From a virus (Duplodnaviria > Caudoviricetes): 43,251 nucleotides of DNA. A model generated the notes under the pieces. It saw nothing but the letters and a program-made list of their open reading frames with translations. It did no database searches and was not told the origin of the DNA. A program made the translations under genes and the position numbers. Position 1 is the first letter of the stretch, and every line of letters begins with the position of its first letter. Shown one piece after another: positions 8,163 through 14,926 of this stretch. The DNA is taken from the IMG/VR virus record IMGVR_UViG_3300008961_000005, positions 1 through 43,251 of that record. One strand, 5' to 3'.

Positions 8163-9063
8163 TCAAGAAAGAATCTAAATCATCGTCAGTATTCGCTTTT
8201 GCTGGCTCCGTTGCTGTTGCAGCTGCTGCCACTGGGGCTGCTGCTACTGGTTGAGCTACTGGTTTTGTTGCCGCTTTCGATGCAGGTGTTGATGTAACCT
8301 CTGAAATCGATTCGCCTGGATTTAGATACATTCTAAGAACGTTGTTTACAAAAGAACGAGTATCTTCGTCCCATGCTTTATAGTCATAGCCTGCAAGTGA
8401 AGGAGCTGCTTCCAATTCCTCTTTAATACTTGTCATCGTTTCTTTGCTTCTTTCTGCTGGAGCATCGCCCATTAAGATTGCAGATTTGCTTGAAGAGAAT
8501 TTAGACTTGTCGTAGTTGTTATATTCACCTTGTCTTGTAATAACAAGCTCAAAGTTCTTACCTTCGAATAAATCGAATACTTGTGTTGGCTCACCAAAGT
8601 CTGGCTTCAACTCAGAATCGATTTTCTCTTTAATCTTATATCCAAATTTGAATACTTTGTAAGTTCCTTCCATTTCTGGATTTTGTGGATCCTTAACGAT
8701 CTTGATTAAAGAATAGTACTGTTGACGTCTCTTTAATTTCTCTGATGACTTACGGTCTACTGCAGAATCTGATTTTCTTAATTTCCAGAATACATCTGCA
8801 ATTGGACAGTGTTCACCAATTGTTTGAGGAGAGTCTACTAATTTACCATCTCCATTAGAGTTAGTTAACCAGTGTACATACTTTTGGATCAGAGATTTTC
8901 TTGGGTTCTCTGGGTTTGGTACAAAACGAATTAATGCTTTGTAAGTGCCGTCTTTACCGTCGTCGGCTGTAGGTTTGTAAATCTCGTTTACGGTTGTTCT
9001 TTCAGGCTGGTGTGTTTCCACATCTTCCACGCCTAAGTTAAAAATGTCAAATGAATCGCTCAT
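8146..9063 (-). CDS. Single-stranded DNA-binding protein (T4 gp32-like)
   Basis: ALIRFVP, CPI, IVKDPQNPEMEG, FKFGYKI, FDLFEGKNF, NYDKSKF; Ala/Pro linker and acidic tail DDDLDSFLNDL. Confidence 0.92.
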   Translation of the reverse strand: MSDSFDIFNLGVEDVETHQPERTTVNEIYKPTADDGKDGTYKALIRFVPNPENPRKSLIQKYVHWLTNSNGDGKLVDSPQTIGEHCPIADVFWKLRKSDSAVDRKSSEKLKRRQQYYSLIKIVKDPQNPEMEGTYKVFKFGYKIKEKIDSELKPDFGEPTQVFDLFEGKNFELVITRQGEYNNYDKSKFSSSKSAILMGDAPAERSKETMTSIKEELEAAPSLAGYDYKAWDEDTRSFVNNVLRMYLNPGESISEVTSTPASKAATKPVAQPVAAAPVAAAATATEPAKANTDDDLDSFLNDLNL

Positions 9064-9124
9064 AATTTTCTTTTAGTTGTTTAAAATTGTTTAATAATGA
9101 AATACTTTAATTGTCTTTCAGTTC

Positions 9125-9156
9125 CTTATAGTTGTACAATAATCAATAGTTTCAAA
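9125..9156 (-). promoter_or_regulatory. Putative phage-sigma (middle-type) promoter TTTGAAAC-N18-TATAAG upstream of the gp32-like gene
   Basis: Same two boxes and identical 18-nt spacing as the copy at 10250-10281 (+). Confidence 0.5.
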
Positions 9157-9166
9157 CTATCCCTAA

Positions 9167-9358
9167 TTATTTGTTCGGTGCACCAAGGCCAATCAACTCG
9201 TGATTGTGTTTGGTTTCAATTTTGCCAAGTCCCTTAGTTATATAGGGGTGACAGTACGAACAAACTAGTGTGGTCTCGCCAGTTAGGATTGTATGCCCAT
9301 CTGATAAACCATCGCTACATGCAGTATATTGAATTTCTAATACCTCGTCTTCAGACAT
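9167..9358 (-). CDS. Small Cys/His-containing hypothetical protein
   Basis: Probable start MSEDEVL at 9358, preceded by ATAACTAAT like the uvsY start; contains CSYCH. Confidence 0.45.
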   Translation of the reverse strand: MSEDEVLEIQYTACSDGLSDGHTILTGETTLVCSYCHPYITKGLGKIETKHNHELIGLGAPNK

Positions 9359-9377
9359 ATTAGTTATTTTAAATACT

Positions 9378-9572
9378 TCACACAGCATCGTTTGTACTTT
9401 TAGCACCAAATTCTAAAATAGCTCCAGAGGATTCCTTCCATCTATTATCCTTTAACTTAATCAGTCCTGACTTGTTGAGTAACGCCTCACGGTCTTGTGC
9501 CGTAATCTGGTTGAACTCTACCATTTTTTGTAGGATTCCTTGTAGACGAAGGTAGTCTGCTGTAATTAACAT
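9378..9572 (-). CDS. Small hypothetical protein
   Basis: 64-aa ORF with a GATATATAA motif at 9601-9609 upstream. Confidence 0.6.
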   Translation of the reverse strand: MLITADYLRLQGILQKMVEFNQITAQDREALLNKSGLIKLKDNRWKESSGAILEFGAKSTNDAV

Positions 9573-9600
9573 AGTATCAATGCTTTGTTTATTATACTTA

Positions 9601-9609
9601 TTATATATC
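9601..9609 (-). promoter_or_regulatory. Putative late promoter GATATATAA
   Basis: Exact motif, intergenic, 29 nt upstream of the start at 9572. Confidence 0.5.
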
Positions 9610-9672
9610 TGAATTTCATTTTGTTTCTAGATTATATGTTAATAACTTTGTTTCAAAATAGTTGCCGAAATA

Positions 9673-9720
9673 TTTTTTTATGTCAATTAAAATTCGTATA
9701 TTAGTACTGTAATTAAAAAC
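9673..9720 (+). promoter_or_regulatory. 48-bp repeated early promoter/leader cassette, copy 1
   Basis: TTTTTTTATGTCAATTAAAATTCGTATATTAGTACTGTAATTAAAAAC; 45/48 identical to the copies at 42622 and 43049; ATG follows after 8 nt; TATATTAG resembles the Bacteroidota -7 box TAnnTTTG. Confidence 0.75.
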
Positions 9721-9728
9721 TAATAAAC

Positions 9729-10061
9729 ATGAATAATCCACACTACGAACACCAATTAAAATTAGACGCTATGAAAAAACACGTTAAATTATCATCAAGA
9801 AATAAAGACCTTCTTTTAATGGGGGCTAAGGCTACTGGAAGCTTTCTAGAAGGTTATTATTATATAGAGGAAAGTTTATACATCGATGAGGCTAACTCGC
9901 TCCATTCGTTCTGTACATGGATTGATGACATCATCGGTGGCGCAGGTCCAGTTAATATTGATATGTTATGGCTAGGGTTTAAATACCCTGAAGTAGACAG
10001 ATACTCTAGAGCCTGTGTAGATATTAAGAAACAAATGGACGAAATTAAAGCATACTGTTAA
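9729..10061 (+). CDS. Hypothetical (putative early) protein
   Basis: 110-aa ORF directly behind repeat-promoter copy 1. Confidence 0.8.
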   Translation: MNNPHYEHQLKLDAMKKHVKLSSRNKDLLLMGAKATGSFLEGYYYIEESLYIDEANSLHSFCTWIDDIIGGAGPVNIDMLWLGFKYPEVDRYSRACVDIKKQMDEIKAYC

Positions 10062-10062
10062 G

Positions 10063-10221
10063 ATGAAGAAAGAAGCTTTTAAATGCTGTATTTGTGATAA
10101 GCTTATTATGAATAGTTATGGTAATAATCCATGGCCAGTAAAAGATACCGGAAAGTGCTGTGATACATGTAATTCTGATAAGGTAATCCCTAGCAGAATT
10201 GCTTGGTATACTAGTGGTTAG
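10063..10221 (+). CDS. Small Cys-rich zinc-finger-like phage protein (52 aa)
   Basis: Missed by the ORF track. MKKEAFKCCICDKLIMNSYGNNPWPVKDTGKCCDTCNSDKVIPSRIAWYTSG has a CxxC...GNNPxP...CxxCN...VIPxR pattern and starts right after the previous stop (1-nt gap). Confidence 0.75.
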   Translation: MKKEAFKCCICDKLIMNSYGNNPWPVKDTGKCCDTCNSDKVIPSRIAWYTSG

Positions 10222-10249
10222 AAAAATAGTTTGAGATTTGTTGAACCTT

Positions 10250-10281
10250 TTTGAAACCTTTTCTGGGTAGTCGCATATAAG
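10250..10281 (+). promoter_or_regulatory. Putative promoter TTTGAAAC-N18-TATAAG facing a non-coding repeat region
   Basis: Same boxes and spacing as the motif upstream of the gp32-like gene. Confidence 0.45.
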
Positions 10282-10321
10282 TTATGTCTTTAACGCCAAA
10301 GGAAGATAAGTACCATTCCAG

Positions 10322-10396
10322 GGCTGGAGGCAGAGACTAGGCTGAAGGCAGAGATTAGGACAGTTTTGGAGTCCCGCGGTTGAAGCAGAGACTTGG
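10322..10396 (+). repeat. Three imperfect 17-18-nt G-rich direct repeats, consensus GG(C/T)TG(A/G)AGGCAGAGA(C/T)TA
   Basis: ggctggaggcagagacta (10322-10339), ggctgaaggcagagatta (10340-10357), ggttgaa-gcagagactt (10378-10394). Confidence 0.7.
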
Positions 10397-11071
10397 TTAG
10401 TCTGGCAAATTTTCCCCAAGTTGCTGAAGCAAATAATGATTAAGGAACCAAGCGTCGACTAGATCATCAAATGGTTTTGGAACCTTCTTAACCTCATCAC
10501 CTATTTCATTTACACAATAATTAAATAAAGAAGTCTTAGCTAACTCTGGACTCTCTACTATATTATTTAAAAAGGCTACCCAAAGTGCTAACTTGTTCAT
10601 GTTACCTTTACCTGCATGTTTCTTAATAGTTGTGGGTGCAACGGTCAGTAAATTTTTGACCTCGAGTTGGCATATCATTTGTTCTTTTAGGATTGCGGCT
10701 CCTGCTGCCATGTCAATCATATTATTAGTTCCCATCTTAGAACCATACGACGTACCCTCAAATGCTATGTGATAATCTTGTTTGCTATTTGTTATGCTTA
10801 TGATTAGATTAATAATATCATCCGCTGTTTTGATGTACCTCTTAATCTTTGCAAATTCGTTTTTAGAGTAATCCCCAACTGTTAAATTCCAATCGGGTTG
10901 GTGTACAAGAGTAACGTCTTTAAATAGACTTATTTCTTCTTGTCTCTTTTGTTCGGCTTTTGTTCCTGAACCAGCTTTAATATAGGAGATAAAGTGGTAT
11001 TCATTCGTATCAGACTGCCAGACACAGATACCAGGGGAATTAAGCGAGAAGTCAACTGTAACTAGATTCAA
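10397..11071 (-). CDS. RuvC-like (RNase H fold) Holliday junction resolvase/nuclease
   Basis: VTVDFSLNSPGICV, IAFEGTSYG, VAPTTIKKHAG, DDLVDAW catalytic motifs. Likely TTG start at 11071; the ORF track extends to 11098. Confidence 0.8.
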   Translation of the reverse strand: MNLVTVDFSLNSPGICVWQSDTNEYHFISYIKAGSGTKAEQKRQEEISLFKDVTLVHQPDWNLTVGDYSKNEFAKIKRYIKTADDIINLIISITNSKQDYHIAFEGTSYGSKMGTNNMIDMAAGAAILKEQMICQLEVKNLLTVAPTTIKKHAGKGNMNKLALWVAFLNNIVESPELAKTSLFNYCVNEIGDEVKKVPKPFDDLVDAWFLNHYLLQQLGENLPD

Positions 11072-11072
11072 T

Positions 11073-11453
11073 TTAGAAACGTTTACCCATCGCAGCACCT
11101 AAAGCAGCACCGACTAATCTGGAGGTTAATAAATCGTAGAAGATACCTTTCTGAATACCAAGAACTCTGGCAATCATTTTACCAACACCTTTACCTAATG
11201 CAAAACCGGTTAAACCACCGACGATAGAACCTAAAAGTCCTTCTTCTACTAGATCTTCTTCTAATCTATCTATATCAAAATCACCAGTTTCTTCATTGCG
11301 GTATTGTTTTACAAATTGTTCTAAAGCATGGTCTACCTTTTCTTCTAGTTCAGGAGTCCATTCTGACTGTAAGCCTTCTTGTAAAAGTTGCATGTCAGTA
11401 TCTGTTAGTTGGGTTTCAACTAGGTATTCGTTAAATGTTTTAGTATCTCTCAT
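11073..11453 (-). CDS. Putative virion protein: capsid-targeting-like N-terminus, acidic pro-region and Gly-rich hydrophobic/amphipathic C-terminus
   Basis: MRDTKTFNEYLVE...LVEE|GLLGSIVGGLTGFALGKGVGKMIARVLG...VGAALGAAMGKRF; late motif immediately upstream. Confidence 0.7.
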   Translation of the reverse strand: MRDTKTFNEYLVETQLTDTDMQLLQEGLQSEWTPELEEKVDHALEQFVKQYRNEETGDFDIDRLEEDLVEEGLLGSIVGGLTGFALGKGVGKMIARVLGIQKGIFYDLLTSRLVGAALGAAMGKRF

Positions 11454-11456
11454 GAT

Positions 11457-11465
11457 TTATATATC
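11457..11465 (-). promoter_or_regulatory. Putative late promoter GATATATAA
   Basis: Exact motif just upstream of the start at 11453. Confidence 0.45.
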
Positions 11466-12015
11466 AGTCTATTTCTAATCTTAAATCTAGCTTATTGTAA
11501 AAGAACGTACATTCAAACGTATTGAAGTCTGCAACATTCTCTGCCATATTTAAGTTTAACTCATTTATAGAGTTCATTATTATTTTATTAAATTCCATAT
11601 ATGCTACTGAACTTCCTTCTGCATCTAAGATTCTTAGGGTCATTGGTTCTATATAAGGCTCTTTAGTAGATCTAGCATAGTAGTATAAAAGAGTATCTTG
11701 CATAATCCAATAATTAATAAAGCCATCTAATAACTGCATAGTTACCGTGAACTCTCTAGTAATTGTATTTTGAACTGGTACTGCTCCTCTATGGTACCTT
11801 GTAGTTCCATCATTATCAGCTTGGGTAATTGGATCAAATGCTAGGCCTGGAATATTAAGTCCTTGAATAGAGTAGTTAATTAAATCAACGGGTTCTGCTA
11901 ACAGATTACCTGGAGTTTTATTTAAGTACGCTTTATACTTGTCTGCAACTTCTTGTGGGATAAACTTTCTAGGAAACCTAAAGTCGTATGCATTATTTCT
12001 GCTATTTAATATCAT
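11464..12015 (-). CDS. Tail tube-fold protein (T4 gp3/gp19-like tail completion or tube protein)
   Basis: SIQGLNIPGL, FTVTMQLLD, LRILD, FECTFFY pattern and 183-aa size typical of gp19/gp3-fold proteins. Confidence 0.6.
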   Translation of the reverse strand: MILNSRNNAYDFRFPRKFIPQEVADKYKAYLNKTPGNLLAEPVDLINYSIQGLNIPGLAFDPITQADNDGTTRYHRGAVPVQNTITREFTVTMQLLDGFINYWIMQDTLLYYYARSTKEPYIEPMTLRILDAEGSSVAYMEFNKIIMNSINELNLNMAENVADFNTFECTFFYNKLDLRLEID

Positions 12016-14084
12016 TAGTTACTTGTGAATTTACCTTTAGTCACCATAGTCTCATCAGTGCCATTATCAATACTAATATAAAATGTATTAGATTGCATAC
12101 CTCTGATAGAGTTTGCATTCTGCTGATTAATTTTAAATAAGACTTCTCCTTGTGACATGTCTATATCTTTATTGTATACATGGTTAAATTTCAACTTAGT
12201 CTTACCATCGCTAAATGATAAGATAACTAGTTCTGCATTCTCAAAGGATATTAATTCAAAATCATCACCCTTCTTTTTGCTAATTACAAATTTAATATAT
12301 GTTGCAAATGGAGGGATAGTAATATTTAAATCACCTTCGTTTACAAATTCACTAGTATCTAGTTCTTCAACCTCTTTAATCATATCGTTATTACCAGCAC
12401 CTACAAGTTCTACTTTAGCAGCTGAAGCAACAACATTATATCGCTCAACAAAGGCAGGAACATATTTAATAGTTCTAGGTAAATTATCTGTAATAAATCC
12501 AGAGATAACTTTATTAGAAGTTAAACTAGGTAATACATTATACACTTCAGTTAGAATATTTGGACTATCAATTTTAAGTGCTTGTAATTTTTTACCGTAT
12601 TTTGCAGCCTGATTGACTGTCAATGAAGCCTTTTTTGTAATTTGAGTATTATCTGTTTGATTGTAAATTCTCATAGTTACATCAATTGAAAAACTTACAG
12701 CAACTCCTGCATTTTGAATAACAGGTCTAAAAGTAACTGGTGTGCTAAAATCTTCATATTGCGTAAATGTGTTTTGAGTAGTCTTAATAAATGAAGTACC
12801 TACTTGTTCAAATACATCTACATCGAATATTACAACAATATCATCAGACGAAGTTTGAATTCTACTTAAGAGGTGTCCTTCAAACCCTGCAATAGAATTA
12901 TCTTTTTCACCGTAGATTTTAAAGTAATCGCCATCATCTGCATCTTCTACATTAACTGTAAAGTCTACAAACTCATCTTCTCTAGCAATACTAAACTTAT
13001 TCTCTTCTCCAGTATAAACATAATCGTATCCACCTTTAGTTTCTAATCTATCTAAAAGTTTAAATGAAATTCCATAATTTGAGAATGGGTTTAAATCACT
13101 AGAACCTACACTACCATCTCCATAAAATCTATCTTCAAACTCTTGATTTTGACCAACTAAACTTGGGATCTTAATATTAATATATTTAGACCATAGAGTT
13201 TCTCCTAAAATAAAAGGCTTAGGATTAGATAGCTCAAAGTTACTTTGATTTAAATAAACTATTTGTGTTAAAAAGTTTTTAATCCTAGTATTTCTTTCAA
13301 CGTCTACTTCAAACAAGAAGCCTTCATATCCTCTAGCAGCAAAACTAAAACCAGATCTTAAGTGTAGTCTTACTGTATCATATAAGATGAAGTTAATATT
13401 AGCAGTTGCATCTGTTTGGTAGTCTAGTAAAGAATCTTCTCTACCGCCAGTCCAATCTAATGAATTGTTAATAAAATTTTGTTGTTCGTAATTACCAGTT
13501 GAATCGTAGCCTAATAGAGCATATTTTGTTCTATCATTTCCGGGTACATTTACACCATGGTATCTACCGATTATTTGATTAATATCATTTCCTGTTTCTT
13601 CATCAGGCGTTGCGAATAGAGGATTAGCTCTAGTATCTACAATTGCTTTACCGCCAATTAAACCTTCATAAGAATAACTCACCTTACCATTTATCACCGG
13701 GGTATATTCAGCTATATTAGTTATTGCAGAGTAAGAATAAACACCTAAGTTACCACTAATTTGAAATAATTCAGGTTGTGGTAATGCATTTAAATCGAAT
13801 TTATACGTCTTACCATTCTGCATTAATAAAGTTCTAGCAGCAAAGTTTTCAACTGCAAGATAGCCAGACATAACAGTGACATCAAAGTTGACTACAGCGC
13901 TACCTAATTCTGAAATTAAGTGCCTAGTATCAAATGGACTATCTTTTATAGTGTCCAAAAATTTAACCTCACTACCATTGTCATCAACCTCGATGCGATA
14001 CTTCTCTTGATCGCCTTGGTCGTGGTATATAAACTCAAGTAATATATCTTGGTCTATTCTAAAATATCTTGAAGATTCAGCCAT
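12015..14084 (-). CDS. Putative virion structural protein
   Basis: 689 aa, beta-rich, inside the structural operon; TAATG-coupled to the tube-fold gene. Confidence 0.55.
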   Translation of the reverse strand: MAESSRYFRIDQDILLEFIYHDQGDQEKYRIEVDDNGSEVKFLDTIKDSPFDTRHLISELGSAVVNFDVTVMSGYLAVENFAARTLLMQNGKTYKFDLNALPQPELFQISGNLGVYSYSAITNIAEYTPVINGKVSYSYEGLIGGKAIVDTRANPLFATPDEETGNDINQIIGRYHGVNVPGNDRTKYALLGYDSTGNYEQQNFINNSLDWTGGREDSLLDYQTDATANINFILYDTVRLHLRSGFSFAARGYEGFLFEVDVERNTRIKNFLTQIVYLNQSNFELSNPKPFILGETLWSKYINIKIPSLVGQNQEFEDRFYGDGSVGSSDLNPFSNYGISFKLLDRLETKGGYDYVYTGEENKFSIAREDEFVDFTVNVEDADDGDYFKIYGEKDNSIAGFEGHLLSRIQTSSDDIVVIFDVDVFEQVGTSFIKTTQNTFTQYEDFSTPVTFRPVIQNAGVAVSFSIDVTMRIYNQTDNTQITKKASLTVNQAAKYGKKLQALKIDSPNILTEVYNVLPSLTSNKVISGFITDNLPRTIKYVPAFVERYNVVASAAKVELVGAGNNDMIKEVEELDTSEFVNEGDLNITIPPFATYIKFVISKKKGDDFELISFENAELVILSFSDGKTKLKFNHVYNKDIDMSQGEVLFKINQQNANSIRGMQSNTFYISIDNGTDETMVTKGKFTSN

Positions 14085-14087
14085 GTT

Positions 14088-14894
14088 TTAAAATTGTAAA
14101 AATTTAGGTGACCAGTAAAGTCCTACGCCAATTGAAGGCCCAGTACTAATTACTTGGTTATTATTTAAGTTAATACCATATCCAACTCCAAAACCAACTA
14201 ACCATCTAGATTTCTTTTGATCTTTTCTATTTAATCTGCTATTAACCAGGTTTATATTTTCAATATCTTTAATCTCTAATCCAGGATAACTAGTTGATAG
14301 CTTTAATCTATCAGCTCCGTTTACATTTTCAATTGCTGCCATTAGGCTTAGAGTTTGTGTCAATTCAAACTTAGTTTCTAATACTTTAAATTTTTCAAAT
14401 TCATATCTAAAGGTAGAAAACCCTGTTAGTTTTCTAGAGTTACCATCACCGAAATCTTCTGATGATGCAAACGTAACTTTAGTAGTTGTCGTGTCAATAG
14501 TCTCAGTTGTAGTAGTTACATCTAAACTATCTGTAATTTCTAAGTTAGCTGAAATTAATGAGTTAACTTCTTTTAAGTCATCATTAAGCGCTAGCGCCTT
14601 CTTATACTTGTTAGTCAACTTAGCTTGGCTAGATTCTAGATTTGATAAATCAAATTCATAGGATCTAATCTGAGCAAGCTGATCTCCATTATCGTTTCTT
14701 AGTATTGTAACTGAGTCTTGAGCAGCCTTAAAGTTATTAAGTTGTCTACCAGCATCTTCTTGTGCTAATTTAACATCTTGTTTTAAGTTCTCAATACTAT
14801 TACATTGTCTAAGAAAAAACAAACACAAAAGAGCTCCAGCGATAAATGTCACTAGAGTTCTATTTGAAAGTATGTCTTTTATTTTTGTTACCAT
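14088..14894 (-). CDS. Membrane-anchored coiled-coil protein, spanin-like candidate
   Basis: N-terminal hydrophobic segment ending FLRQC, a coiled coil, and C-terminal amphipathic beta-strands (WLVGFGVGYG...SIGVGLYW...LQF). Confidence 0.5.
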   Translation of the reverse strand: MVTKIKDILSNRTLVTFIAGALLCLFFLRQCNSIENLKQDVKLAQEDAGRQLNNFKAAQDSVTILRNDNGDQLAQIRSYEFDLSNLESSQAKLTNKYKKALALNDDLKEVNSLISANLEITDSLDVTTTTETIDTTTTKVTFASSEDFGDGNSRKLTGFSTFRYEFEKFKVLETKFELTQTLSLMAAIENVNGADRLKLSTSYPGLEIKDIENINLVNSRLNRKDQKKSRWLVGFGVGYGINLNNNQVISTGPSIGVGLYWSPKFLQF

Positions 14895-14926
14895 ATTAAT
14901 TTATTTGTTGCATATTATCTTTGTCC

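Noticed and set aside
10322-10396. Possible mini-CRISPR array
   Set aside because: Repeats are too short, two are directly adjacent without a spacer, and no cas genes are present. The neighbouring RuvC-like protein lacks Cas12/TnpB size and features.
10284-10400. 18-codon ORF MSLTPKEDKYHSRAGGRD followed by in-frame TAG codons, suggesting stop-codon recoding
   Set aside because: Long genes are intact in the standard code, and TAG/TGA end credible genes (10221, 42200, 11464). The periodic TAGs come from the 18-nt repeat.
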